A DNA stretch of 64,000 bases. Origin: Syncephalis fuscata S228. Its lineage: Eukaryota; Fungi; Zoopagomycota. The notes beneath the pieces are model-generated. The model ran no database searches, was not told the origin of the DNA, and saw only the letters and a program-made list of their open reading frames with translations. The stretch lies in contig JAHLTZ010000027.1 in NCBI GenBank assembly GCA_025786725.1, forward strand, positions 186,001 through 250,000, in the 5' to 3' direction. Within the stretch, counting starts at the first letter, position 1; each line of letters starts with the position of its first letter. Below are positions 13,501 to 26,306 of the stretch, in pieces. Position numbers and translations under genes: made by a program.

Positions 13501-13849
13501 CTATAAATTAGCCAATGTTTAACACTTTCCCCACCATCATCTCATACAATATAGTTTCACTCACGCACACGCCCACACCGCATCTGGACCAAATCAAGTA
13601 AAACACACACACGCCGACACGTTCATATCTGTCAGTCTGCCGTTATTCGTTTCTTTACTGTGTAGACCAGCGCTTATCGCTTTTTGTATGCTATAAATCG
13701 TGGTTCCGTCGTTGATTAACCGTAGACGGTGTATATTGGCCAATTAGCTCACTGCACTAAAAGAAAAGCTTTATTTGAGCCTTTGCACCTTGGCACAAGG
13801 CATGCTCGTGTCACTTAATCTCGAGCAATTTAAATATTACTTCGCTTAA
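13501..13849 (+). promoter_or_regulatory. TATA box and long leader with two upstream ORFs
   Basis: TATAAAT at 13502. uORF ATG-CTA-TAA at 13688 and a 15-codon uORF MLVSLNLEQFKYYFA at 13802-13849, both upstream of ORF 14024. Confidence 0.45.
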
Positions 13850-14023
13850 CACCAGTGTTGTTGTTTTCTTTTGATCTTTGTTTACGGCTACATTTGTAAC
13901 TCGTATTTGTATTCAATTGAATTATTGATTTTTTAGTGTGAATCTGAACTCAATCTGTATTGCGTTAACATACTGCAGTGCAATAGTTGAATTCGATCAT
14001 TAGTTCGTTTTCTAACTTTAATT

Positions 14024-15040
14024 ATGGTTTGTTACGCCACCCCAAAAGTTTCCATTTCAGCGTTACTTAAATCATCGGGTAATTTACTCCATAAAAATCA
14101 ACATCAAAAGATGAACGATATTGAATCTATCGAACCAGAGTTGGACTTGTCAATTGAATTTGATGAATATGATGTCTATGATGAATTGGAAGAGCAAGGT
14201 TTGTGTGATATCGATGGTCCAAATCCTGGCCTATACTCTAGTTCCGATGAATTTGACGACAACTACGCCGAGCTATCATACATCAATAACGAGCAGAATG
14301 ACATGTCAAGCATGTTATTCTCTAGTCATTATGACGATGATAGTAACGACGACGACGATGAGTTGATGGATTATTTTGATTTTGAAGAAGCAGCCGAACT
14401 GGCTGGTATGCCATTAAAGCCATTCCATTCATTATCTTCGCCTTTACCGTGCGATTTCCCTTCTGAATCAAATATTCAAAATGAGGAATTATACGATGAA
14501 CATGCTTTACTATCTGAATCGCCATTATTAGCAGCGATAGCAACAACAACAGTAGCAGCAGCAACAGCTACAGCAGCTACCTCAATCAGAATGGACTGTA
14601 GTTCAAATATGCCGCAACCAAAGGCGCCAGCCACTTATTGTCGTGATATAGCACTTGGTTGTTTATCACCACCTCAATCACCTTATTTGCCTATTCATCT
14701 GAATAGTTTTTTACAAAGCCACCCAGAAGCACGACAATGGGTGAAGGAAAATGGGCATAACTATTCGGAACGCTATCCTGCTGTCTATGCTTCCGATAGC
14801 TTTACTACCACCAACGGTAACAGCAGCAATGATGGGTATGCTGGCGACGCATGGCAGACTTGGGGTGCTCCAGACTCACCTGCCGATCTATATCATCTAG
14901 CTTATGATTTTGGTAGTGCTCAAACATCCGATAATACCTATTGGAAGGAATCACGTTACATGGCTACCGATGACGACGACTTGTATTCACCAAGCGACGA
15001 CTGGCTTTTCGGCGCCTATGGCGTCAATGGTGGTCGTTAG
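14024..15040 (+). CDS. Intronless acidic, low-complexity protein of unknown function
   Basis: 338-aa ORF (alternative start 14111), D/E-rich with interspersed aromatic residues; LSPPQSP motif. Confidence 0.7.
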   Translation: MVCYATPKVSISALLKSSGNLLHKNQHQKMNDIESIEPELDLSIEFDEYDVYDELEEQGLCDIDGPNPGLYSSSDEFDDNYAELSYINNEQNDMSSMLFSSHYDDDSNDDDDELMDYFDFEEAAELAGMPLKPFHSLSSPLPCDFPSESNIQNEELYDEHALLSESPLLAAIATTTVAAATATAATSIRMDCSSNMPQPKAPATYCRDIALGCLSPPQSPYLPIHLNSFLQSHPEARQWVKENGHNYSERYPAVYASDSFTTTNGNSSNDGYAGDAWQTWGAPDSPADLYHLAYDFGSAQTSDNTYWKESRYMATDDDDLYSPSDDWLFGAYGVNGGR

Positions 15041-15454
15041 TGGTGAACCTTCAAGGAACATAACCGATCTGGCCATGTTATCTTGGCGCACAAACGCGCC
15101 TTACTAGCAAAATCAACTTTGTTGTAATTAACGAGTGATTTTGATTATTTTATTTTGTATTTTACACTTGAATTTTTGTAGTCACTATTCTTTGTTTTGT
15201 AAAGACTTTGTTCTTATTTACTTTCCTATTTCTAGTTGTTATTTTTCCTTTTCAACCACAATTAGCCAGGCCCTAGTTTTTTCTGAATAGGTCGAGTACG
15301 CATGCCTTACTGTACTCGCCTTTACATTATACTTTTTTAGTATTTTTCGTCCTCAATAACAATATACACGATAATTATTATATCTATTTATATCACAGTG
15401 TGTTTATTCTAATTGTTAAATCATGTGCTAGTTCATTTCGGATATATACATTTA

Positions 15455-15644
15455 CACGTGTCATGTGCCACTTTAATTTGGCTTAATATACAAACACTTA
15501 TTTGGTAATAGACAAGAATGGCGTTATGCCCCAAAAAAGGACTAGTTGCGAGGTTGCGGCCTGTTGATACGCATCAGTCTTTTCTCTCTCCAGCCAGACG
15601 ACTATAATCACAGCTAAGGCTATACATTCTAAAGAATTCACGTG
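15455..15644 (+). promoter_or_regulatory. Two CACGTG E-boxes upstream of the GDPD gene (Pho4-like sites)
   Basis: CACGTG at 15455 and 15639; the regulatory role is inferred from the yeast PHO regulon. Confidence 0.35.
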
Positions 15645-15847
15645 AACAAATGTCGCCCTTTTAAATTGTTGTTATTGTAGCTTGCTAGCCTTGAGTCAAA
15701 CAATAAATAATCCCTTCTTTTCCTGCATAACTCTGTTGATACTAACGTGCAACGATTATTTCTACTACCTTTTAACGAACATTATTTTATTTTTATCACC
15801 TGCACACTTTACTACAGTATTGCTATCACTACTCGTGCAACAATATT

Positions 15848-17254
15848 ATGGCTAAAATGGCACTCTTATTTATTTGCCAGCTATCACTTTTATTAGCTGC
15901 CATCTGCTCGCCCGGTATACAAGCTTCTATTATTCCTAAAGATGCAGCCGTACCCGCCATCCACCAATCGGTTCAAACGGTCTTTGGCACATCAGTAAAC
16001 AACCCAGTGGTCATCAACATTGATAAAAAACAAGCACCTGCCATAGCACCACTTACTTCATCCGAGACAAATCGCTACGCAGCCATTGCCTCAGATGTTA
16101 CGAATGCCTGGACTACCTATCTTGCTAAACAGCACGATATTATTCCCCCCAATAATGTGCACTGGCCTAATACTTTTACTGGCAAACGCACACTGCTTTT
16201 GGCCCATCGGGGTGCACGGGCATTTATGCCAGCACATTCTAGCGGTGCCTACTACATGGCGGCTATGTTAAGTGCCGACTATATTGAACCTGATCTAGTT
16301 GTGTCAAAAGACGGTCATATTATCTGCCATCATGATTTATTTTTATCTGAAGATACAGACGTTGAACAGCACCCAGAATTTGCTAGTCGTCGCCGTACAG
16401 TGGTCGATATTTTGGAGGGCGAGGAAGTGACTCGAACTGATTGGTTTATTGAAGATTTTACTCTAGCAGAGTTGAAAACCTTACGTCTACGCCAGCTATC
16501 AAAGGGCGTGCGCCCCTCATTCTTTGACAAGAATTTTGCTTTAATTACCTTACAAGAATTTCTTACATTGATTCAGGAAACGTCCATTGTGTTTAAACGA
16601 CCCATTAGCATTATTCCCGAGCTAAAACATGGGCGGCATCACGCAAAGTTACGCCCGTATAATCCACACTACTTTGAAAATCGCGTGCTTTCCATTCTGT
16701 CAGAGTATGGCTATCCATTAGTGCCAGATCCTAATACACGGGCTACCCGACGAGTAAATGGCAATACCATCGAACTAGGTGATGTGCAGCTACAATCATT
16801 TGATGATTTTATGATTCATTATTTGCGTGAACGTACTGCTTTGCCTTTACTGTACCTTGTTGAGTCAACAAATGCCGATGTCATTACACCCAAGGGGCTT
16901 GATGCCATAAAAAATGTTGCCACTTATATCGGCATTGATCAGCGTTTTCTTTTCACCGATGCTAAAGAGGTAGTGCTAAGCGACAAAGTGCCTTACAACG
17001 AAGATCATATCAACAAAATGGGTGGATTTATTGCTCCAGCTCGTATTCCATTGGAGATTCATAATCGCGGTCTGCGTCTCTCTGTGTATACAGTCGCTGA
17101 CTCTCGAGAAATCAACACCGAGGTACCTGCAGTGCCTGAACGCGTGACAGCCATGTTCAAAATGGGTGTGGATAGCATATTTACCGAGAATTTGGCTGAG
17201 ACGCATCGTTTGCGTGATGCCTATACAAATCAACTGGCTTCACGTCGTTTTTAA
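15848..17254 (+). CDS. Secreted glycerophosphodiester phosphodiesterase (GlpQ-like GDPD), intronless
   Basis: Signal peptide; AHRGA, ADYIEPDLVVSKDG..HHD, FTLAELKTL, PELKH, QSFD, GVDSIFTE. Confidence 0.92.
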   Translation: MAKMALLFICQLSLLLAAICSPGIQASIIPKDAAVPAIHQSVQTVFGTSVNNPVVINIDKKQAPAIAPLTSSETNRYAAIASDVTNAWTTYLAKQHDIIPPNNVHWPNTFTGKRTLLLAHRGARAFMPAHSSGAYYMAAMLSADYIEPDLVVSKDGHIICHHDLFLSEDTDVEQHPEFASRRRTVVDILEGEEVTRTDWFIEDFTLAELKTLRLRQLSKGVRPSFFDKNFALITLQEFLTLIQETSIVFKRPISIIPELKHGRHHAKLRPYNPHYFENRVLSILSEYGYPLVPDPNTRATRRVNGNTIELGDVQLQSFDDFMIHYLRERTALPLLYLVESTNADVITPKGLDAIKNVATYIGIDQRFLFTDAKEVVLSDKVPYNEDHINKMGGFIAPARIPLEIHNRGLRLSVYTVADSREINTEVPAVPERVTAMFKMGVDSIFTENLAETHRLRDAYTNQLASRRF

Positions 17255-17833
17255 AGTAGCTGCCTGTGCAGCAAGCATATTATATCGATTTATTCAACAC
17301 ACATCGACCAAATAAAGCAATTAATTTAAATGAACTTTATTTAGTAATTCACACTATTTAGTAATGGCTGTGCACTAAATAATAAGTACGTGGTTGCTTA
17401 AACGCTTTAACTACTCAACAGCGTATAAGAGTATGCTTTTGGTAGGTTTATAGCAATGTTGAGCATTGCGTTATTTTAGTCGCAATGCTTTGAAGAGTAA
17501 TTGATGGCTAAAGCACGTAACTGAGGAGAGTGTGACCAAAGTCTTAAAATGTGTGATTAGTGTATTGCCACGGCGTGAACCTCAGTAGATGTGTGGAAGT
17601 AGTTCGCGTGTTCAGGTTACAGCCAGCCTCAAAGGCTGCATAATATGCAAGAAAGCGTGTTTCATTTGCATATCTCCCATGCCTCAGCAGTGTTTGCCTT
17701 TATTCGTCTTAACACTTGTATTTTTGTATTTCAACATATTGTTCTAAGCCTATTGAATAGCAGTATAGTTTTGTTAAGTGTAGTAAAGCTACCGAGTACA
17801 GCAGCCTTACTATAAACTGAACTAGCACTATCG

Positions 17834-18969
17834 ATGGGCAACCTTTTAACCAATTATCCATCTTCAAAACAAAAGCAATTTAGTTTTGCAACCAACTCAA
17901 ATAAAAGCAGTAGTGGATCTGGGGATCATAAAAGCGATACATCTAATTTTAAAATGTCGCTGGGTCGCCGTTATCACAACGAGAAGAATGTGCCTTATCT
18001 TTTACCAAATGATATCGAAGAGGCTGATAGGTAAACCAACATCACGTTCGTCATTTGTGTAAATTGATTTCTAATTAAACAGCCACTGTTGACGTCTAAT
18101 GGTTAATGTTTGTACCATTTACATTATGGTATGATTAGGCTAGATACACAACATTATATAGTTCACGAATTAGTCAAAAGTAATCATTTGTGTAATTTGG
18201 ATAATCCACGTAGAATAATTGATATTGGCGCTGGGACAGGGACATGGGCCATGGTAAGTTGTAGCTACATTTTAAAACTTTACACTAATGCTATATTTAG
18301 GAAATGGCAGCCGAGTTCCGTGATTGCCAGGTTCTTGGCATTGATATATCGCCTATCCAACCCAAATCAATTCGGCCACCAAACATTAATTTTGAGATTA
18401 TGAATATATTAGAAGGTAAGCATTGCTGATGTACAAAATTTAATATTAACATATCTAAAGGTTTGCGCTATGAAGCAAACACGTTTGACTATGTACATAG
18501 CCGATTTTTATGCGCAGCCATTCCTAAGACATATTGGCCAACACTTATTCGTGATATGGCTCGAATATGCTCGTCCAGTGGCGCAGTAGAGATATGCGAG
18601 ACGGATGGAGTGTTTCACAATGGGGGCCCATTAGGAATAAAAATCGGCACTTGGATCAAAAAGCTTTGTGCACTGGGTAAAGTAGATCTTGGTGCTGTAT
18701 GGGATATCCCTGAGATGATGCAAGATGCCGGGCTGCGATTAGAAGAAGTGCGATACTATCAATTGCCAATAGGTAGTTGGTATGGTCGATTAGGCGAACT
18801 GGCTATGCAAAATTATATAGACGGCACATCATCAATGCGTAGCAAGTTTGTCGATAATTTCAATGAGACTATCGAAGATGTCGATGCAGCCTATGATAAT
18901 CTTCATAACGAGGCTAATAATTGTCGTTTTTACTGGAAGATTGCTATTTATGTTGGAAGAAAGCTATAG
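17834..18969 (+). CDS. Class I SAM-dependent methyltransferase (LaeA-like/TdiE-type), 4 exons
   Basis: GRRYHN..PYLLPNDIEEADRLDTQH, IIDIGAGTGTW, NTFDYVHSR. Introns at about 18031-18138, 18254-18300 and 18416-18460. The MGNLLT N-terminus fits myristoylation. Confidence 0.9.
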
Positions 18970-19328
18970 GTAGCTTATTTTTAAATTAAACTGTTTATAC
19001 ATTTGTTGGTATTATTAAGAAATTTATAGTATTTATTTTATTAAATGCATCATAAGATACATTGATCATTTAAATGTGATTGAGTGATATTCTATGTTGA
19101 TTGACATTGAAAAAGGCAATAAGCAATATATTATATCCTTACTTAGATTAATAACAAATCATTTTATTTTAATAAATTTTAATGCAAAAATTACAACGTA
19201 TTTACATAATCATGCTTTAATGGTAAGTAAATAAAGCAATATGATTAGTTGGATTGAATTAAAATTTTATTAAGTAATAATATAATATCTAATATTGCCA
19301 AATCAATCAACCTTGCTAAAAATAATGT

Positions 19329-21684
19329 TTAAAGAAAGCTACGATCATCTAACAAAGCATCGGTAAGGATGCTATTGTTATGAGGGCAAGATGAGGAAAT
19401 ATGTCGTTCTTGGAAGACATCTGTTTGTGGCAGTTGATTTTTATTCCCAAGATAATTTGCTGATTTCTTTGATTGTTTTGAAAATTCTTGGTCCCATGAC
19501 AAATCAAATTTAGAGTTTGATTTGCGACTTCGAAGAGGTGGGCGTGACGGTGAACTGGGGTGATTAAATCGAGATGTTTTTGATAAATCTTGCTCGCTAT
19601 GTGCTTTTTGCATAAAGCTATACTCCTTCATTGACTGGCTTTGGGTAATTGACGGTGAATTAGCTGCTGCTATCCTTGCCAATGCTTCGGAAGATAATTG
19701 AGTTGTATTCGATTTTTTCCTACCTCCTCGTGGATTTGCCTGGAGATTTGGTAGATGTGTGCTGCCATTAGTGATCATAATGGGTCTACGTGAAGTGCTT
19801 CCATTAGTTCTTGACGAGCCTCTGCTTGAAGTTGAAATAGAATCGGAATCTGGATACCTGGGATTATGCTCAATTTGGTAAGGCGATTTGTAGACTTTGC
19901 TATTAGCAGCTTTTGGCGGATACGGTATCATCAAATCGACAGGATGCTTTACGTTTGTACGTTTTGGTTTTTGTAAATCTCGATTAGTTTGTATTGGTCT
20001 TGGAACAATACCAGGGCGAGAGGCATGAGGTACATTGTTATGGTGCCGCTTTTGATTCATATGCTGCTCTTTATGAGAAGTAAATAAAATGCTTTTTCTT
20101 TCATTTGCGTTTTATCTGCTTTAAGAGAGCTAGAGCGCAATTTATGAGTTGAAGGTTCGGGTGCAGTATGTTTTAAAGCTGCGAATTCGTCGCCATCATT
20201 TTCATTCTAGGAGAAATCATACTGCCAGCATCTTTCTTGCCGCCATAAATTTCTTTACCTTTCTTACAGGTTTCTGAAAGTGGTGAAGTACTGCTCCAGA
20301 TACCGCGTATGTGACCTATTTTGCTGTAATCCAAACTGACATATATTATCAATGTCGTCAATCCAAAACCAATTGAAATAAGTGTAACTGGATCGGCTTT
20401 ATCACGATTTAGCATTAAAATGGCAACAATTTGCAGTGCCAAAATCATTGGCATGTGTATTAAAATACCAAGCAAGCCTGCTGCGCGTAACTGATTTACC
20501 GCAACGTCTCGCATAGGTGCTGATAGTGCTGGATATCGATGTATACGACTTTGTAATAATAGCATTTGCGCTGGACCAGTACATGCCGCTAATATACCTA
20601 CAAACCATGTGATTTTACCATAGTAATCTAACCATGCATGAAATGGTATATTTGAGCCTCGTTCTCTTCGAATGATTAAAGTCAGTAGTAAGCTGTATAG
20701 AATGCACGAGATTCCCATGACTACAGAGCCGGCTATTATTAAATATAAATAATAGTTGTACTTTTCTGCATGAATATGAATAATAAAAAATATTTCACTT
20801 CCAGTATTGAGTAGACCAAATAAGCGTGCCAAAGACTCATTGCGATGTGAAAGTAACGGGGAGCGCTTTCCACCCCACAATACTAACAGGCCAATAATAA
20901 AGATAATCCCGATAATTACAAAACTGAAGACGTTTTGTGCTATGAATTGCCCTAGAAAATCGTGTTAGATTATTTTTGTAACTGTGCTGTGGCTGATTTA
21001 CCTTGACAGTTTGGATAGCCACTAAATCCTTCAGCACAAGTGTTGCATTGATTGCCGGCAAAGCCCGTTTTACATAAGCAGACGTTTAGATTTTTGTAAC
21101 ACCGATCAGTTCCCTTTTCTTTACAGTCGCAACTGGGAGTGCAAGAAGGGTATTCTCCCGCATCAGATTCGCACTGATTACAATGTGTACCGGTAAACCC
21201 TGGCCGGCATCGACATTGGCCTGTTTCCTTTTCACAGCTATTTGCTAGACTGCCATTTATATCACACATACAAAGCTGGCATTGTTTAATACTAGTATTG
21301 GCTATTGTGCCATTTCCTGCAACGCTATTGACCGTGATAGGATAGGCGATGTTTGGATTGCAAGCGTTGCAATAGCTGCCAGTGTAGCCATCCGCACAGG
21401 GACAGGCTTTAAGACCCGGTGCTATATTAGGATTTGAGCAGGAGCTATGCAAAAATCCTATTGAGCCAATACATTCAGAAGCACGGCAGGGTGAATTAGG
21501 TGGCAAATTAATAGTAGTCTGCGCCGTCACAGAACACCCGAGAAATAAAATATAAAAAAGAGAAAACAAAAATAAACGTAATAAAATGGTTTGCTGATAG
21601 ATCGAAACGAAAATGCAAAAATCGGGTCGTGCTATAAAGTAGCGAATAAATCAGTATGCAGCATTTCCGACAAGTATTTGCCAT
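19329..21684 (-). CDS. Laminin-type EGF repeat ectodomain plus about 6-TM XK-like membrane domain plus disordered tail
   Basis: Cys repeats CRCRPGFTGTHCNQC and CLCKTGFAGNQCNTC. In-frame intron 20952-21001 (GTAAAT..CTAAC..TAG) joins them to QNVFSFVIIGIIFIIGLLVLW and ORF 20173-20880. The N-terminal start and the tail ORF 19329-20060 join only after indel correction. Confidence 0.75.
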
Positions 21685-22911
21685 GCTGTTAACAAAATTG
21701 ATTATAGAAACATTGCAATAGTTTTGGCTAAACAGTTTGTTACTTTGTTCGATATTGGCGTGGGTCGTAACTGTGGCATAAAATTCGTAAAAAATGGCGT
21801 ATATTGAAAGACGTATTGCTTTAATAAAGATAGCCTGTAGTTATTCATATCGCATTTTACGTTTAAGCGATGGTGCACTTAAACACCAGTTTCTTTTGCT
21901 CAATAAATTTTATGGCGGCTAGTTTTTAATAAGGCACAGTATGAAGATGGAAAATCAGAAAAAATAAGTAAAATATAGTGGCGCAGTCGTTAGAAAATAG
22001 AAAAGGTTTATGAAAAGAAAAAGTTGCAATAAAAGTTTGCTAATATTCAAACAGCAATTTGATGATGATAAAAATTATCTCATAACAATGATTGATGAAA
22101 TAAAGCGTGTGCATAAACCAATATAGCAATATTAATGAATTAAAAGCAATAGATGCAATGAAAGGTTTTAAGAGCAACAAAAGACATGAAACTGGCTATA
22201 ACCGGTAAATTCTTACACGAGGTTGCCTTAAGCTGGAACGTAAAAGTAGCATATATGCTTTAGATGCAAAGGATTGGCTTGATGTAACGGGAAAAATGAT
22301 GTTATCAGCCATATTGCACAAGTTTGATACGAAAATAGCGCAGTTTTACACCAAACATCCATATAGCTAGAACTCATTTCCGATATGCCAGCTTGTTATT
22401 ACTCTGTTAGTGAAAATGGCTGTCACAAACAGCATGCACTACACTTGTCACTCTTTGATGAACTTGTGATTATGCGACCGCCTATTATTGGTTGCACCGA
22501 TTCAAGGTTAATTATGGCTTTTTTCTTTTATTAGTAAAAAGCAGAGTAGCACAATCAAGATTCACTAGAAAAGCCATAGGTGGAAAGTTTTATTAAACAA
22601 CACTAGAGTGGATATAACAAGAATGGCAATACTGGCAAATAATTTCATTTATTATTAGGCCTTTTATTACCATTACCAAATATAGCAATTATAAATTATC
22701 TGGTTTTTTCCACATTAAGGAACTATAAATGAATACTTTTTATGCACATTCAGCTATTACTTTACGCTTACATAAAAATAATTGTATAGCTGGCTAATTT
22801 CCACTAGTAAATAAAAGATAGTTAAATACTCTTAGTATTGTTTTACGAACATAATATGAAATTATAAGTACTACATTTGTTTTATTGTAATATAATAATT
22901 TACTTTAAGGC

Positions 22912-24598
22912 CTATAAGGAAGGCATGAGTGACGCATTGTGTCTCCATAATCGCCCCTTAATCTGACTCCAAGCGGATCCTGCGCTGCCATGATGTATGA
23001 TCATAACATACCACATTGGAATGCCAGTGAGTACCGACACAATGCCAAGTAACGGAGCCAGATAGTGCGGTATGGCTTCCGAATCATTGCTTGTTTTTGG
23101 AGGCACCCATGGGAACACACAGAGAAATACTGCAATGATAATGTAGAAATAGGCGGTGGGTGTCCAGGCACGGAACGGGCGTACTGTGTTCGGTTCGGTA
23201 CAACGTAGTCGAAGCATGCCGATAACTGTCAAAGCAAGGAAAAAGCCCGCGGGGTATCCAATAAAATCAACTAAAAAGCTGAATGCTTTGCCAGGTGGCG
23301 GCGCAAGCAACATCACAAGTGCTAAACACATATTGAATACTACAGCAGCGACGGGTGTTCCAAGTCCTGGATGAATACGGGCAAACAGCGCTGATCCTGG
23401 CAAATAGCCATCTTGCGCAGACACACGAACGACACGACTTGCTCCAAACACACTGGCAATCGTGGAGCCCAAAGCACTAATGCCAATAATAGGCGCTATG
23501 ACGCGTTGTCCAATCTGTTGTCCAAAAAGAATGCTACAAAAGCTGGCGGCCAACACTTCACCGCTATGGAATGCAGCATCTTCTGGCACCACGGCCATAT
23601 ACGCAAAATTGGCGAGCAAATAGAGCCCGATGATAATAATCATACTACCAACTGCTGCCAACGGCAAGTTGCGACGTGGATTTTTAATTTCACCAAGCGC
23701 ATAATGTACATTATTCCAGCCAGAGTAGGCCCAGGCGACCTTAAACATAGCACCGGCGTAGTCACTAAGATTGGAGCTAGTGTTTTTAAACGGATCTTGC
23801 CAGTTGTGTGGCGGGTCTGTGATCTGAATAGCACCCGACATCGCTAGAACGCCGGCCATCGCAATTAAGAGCAACACAGTCACTTTTGCCATTGTAAAAA
23901 CTGTTTGAACTCGTAGTGTCCAACGAGTACTAATCGCAGTCATACCGCTAATGCAAACGATACAAGCAACTCCAATGGCGCGTTGTAACCATTCATAGCG
24001 TGTTTTTTCAGGACCGTCATGAAGCTCGCCAGGTGATCCAAAGATGGCGTAAAGTATATGTTTGCCTGCGACAACGGCATTTGCTGCCGCAGATGCTGGC
24101 CGCATAAAACTATCTTTATCGATTAGTAGTGGTAGTAATAAAAGCAGTAACTGCACCGTTATAACAGTCAAATAGCTTACATAATTAACGACCAAAAGAA
24201 AAGATACGATGCAAACACATGTGGTTTCCGATACGTATAGGCTAAGTAGGCTTGCTCGCCACCACTGTTGGGTAGTAAAGTTCCTAGCTCGACAAAACAA
24301 ATAGTTCCGCAGACGGCTACAGGCCACCGAGTAGCCACATTATCATCGCCATACCAGGAGAGCCGGTCAATGACCAAACAATAGCAGGAGTTGAGAATAT
24401 TCCTGATCCAATGGAGTGCCCAATAATTAGAGCAGTAGCTGATACTAGCCCAATTGTTCTAGGCAAAGCATCTGGCCTGGATGGATTGGCTTCCACGTCA
24501 GCGTCATGTTCGTTTTTCTCGTTACTACAGCTGTTGTAGTTTTGTGGATTCTCATTATTCATACACGGGGTCATTTCTTTGTTAATTTCCATGAACAC
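22912..24598 (-). CDS. Second APC amino-acid permease (paralog of 1849-3568)
   Basis: IGSGIFSTP, ELGTLLPNSGGEQAYL, WAYSGWNN. The intron is at the same position as in the paralog (SLII|FMRP). One-base deletion near 24320. Confidence 0.9.
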
Positions 24599-24912
24599 AG
24601 CAAGGATGGCTCCTTTACTAGCCGATCTTTATATTATATATTACAGCTAGATAATATTAAATAATGGCAGCAGACAGTATTGGATAAAAGGGGTTGGTTG
24701 GTTGTTGCTGGGAATTAAAGCAAATTAAGTGAGTATTTATTATAGATACGTGGGCTGCATAAACAGGAATTTAGCACGCGCTTCAAGGTAATACAGGCAA
24801 ACCAGTTCTGTAATTCAAATGTGATGGGTGATGTTCAAAAAAAGACGTAACAACCTGATATTCACACATTTCACAAGTAACTAATAAGTCATGGCATGGG
24901 ATTCTTTATTTC

Positions 24913-26058
24913 CTAAACAATTTGCAGCGGGTCTTGGTCCAACTGGCTACAGACTACAGTTGCTTCCGGCACTTCCTGTTCTTTAAGCAGCAATTCCAAT
25001 TTTGAAGCAAGTATCGCGTGCAAATATCCTCTTTCCGTGTTACTATGCTCGCCTAATTTAATGTCAGTATAAACATTTGATAGAAACAATTAAGTGATGT
25101 AACTTACAAAGAATGACGCTAGTTTGCCTCTCTAGCGCTGCCAATGCTTCATGGTGGCCCATTTCGCCTGTCAAGTATAAATCTGCTTTAACTGGAGATA
25201 CAACCGAATTGCCTACACCATTACTATGATTAACCTATCTATCAAATGCTGCGCTATTAGCTACTTGCCAGAACCTGCGCAAATAGCACAGTGCGTATAA
25301 GCTCAGTGTTGTGTTGTGGTGCCATGGCCAAACGCACTATTCATATCGATGGTCAACTAATAAACATGAACTGCTTCAAGACTTTACCGTGACTTAATTT
25401 AAGATGTGCTTTAACGCGATCTACTAGCTTTAAAATTGGTACTGGCTCGTTCAGCGTCATGACACGTCCTAAGCCTGCGCCTTCTTGTCCTAATGGCTAT
25501 TATCAAAATGGCTGCATCCTATATTAATATCCATTGCCATACCTTCAATAATATCATCTCGTGGCTTGATAACTGAAACCGTGCCGTCTCCCAGTCCACT
25601 TGCTAGCCAGTCATTGACTAGCCAGAATATTGTTAAATCCATAGCATGGAAATAGCAGCAATTACTTACCGCCATTTACACAGCTGTCCAAAGCAGTATG
25701 AGGGGAATAGACTGATATACCCGCTGCAGCGCATCGTAGGGCAATCGCTTGCTTTGGATCGGCCAATGTAACACGTTTAAACGAGCTGAATAGGAAAGGA
25801 TGATAGGCAACGATAACGCCTACGGCCGGGTCTTTTTGAGCTTCAGCCAATACTGGCGCAGTTAAATCGTTGGTAAGAAATACGCGTGTTGCACCTGGTC
25901 TAGGTAGTGGTGCCTCTATCGCGATAAATGTTAAAAAGCATAATAAAGACGATGGTCAACTTACCAAGTAGCACGCCCACATTGTCCCAGGCTGCTTCTG
26001 CCAGTGCTAGAGGAGCAATACGCTCCATAGCACGTACAACCTTATCCAAAAGTGTCAT
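24913..26058 (-). CDS. NIF3: NIF3/NGG1-interacting factor 3 family protein, multi-exon
   Basis: LAEAAWDNVGVL, AYHPFLF, YSPHTALD, ICAGSG, YLTGEMGHH, HSNTERGYL, DQDPLQIV. GC-AG intron 25213-25268. Confidence 0.93.
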
Positions 26059-26306
26059 GGTGTTTGCGTGCGAATGTATAAAGAAAAGAAAAATAGGTCA
26101 GCTTTGCAAATTTGAAATATACTGTAATGGTTTGTGCTGGGCCAGCGCTCATCGACATGGATCGTCATCTTTAATACGTCATCTAATCACTTGGTTTGCA
26201 TTAATGCATTTCGCTTTTAGCTTTTTAATTTTAAGGTTTACAAGCCCTGACATCTATTTATTAATCAATTAAATGTCCTATTTAACATTATTATACAATT
26301 TATTGT

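Noticed and set aside
13600-13830. Structured ncRNA (RNase P/MRP, SRP) in the leader region
   Set aside because: The conserved signature motifs were not found; only short local hairpins.
21975-22000. tRNA A-box-like tagtggcgcagtcgttag
   Set aside because: No anticodon arm, T-loop/B-box or acceptor stem follows.
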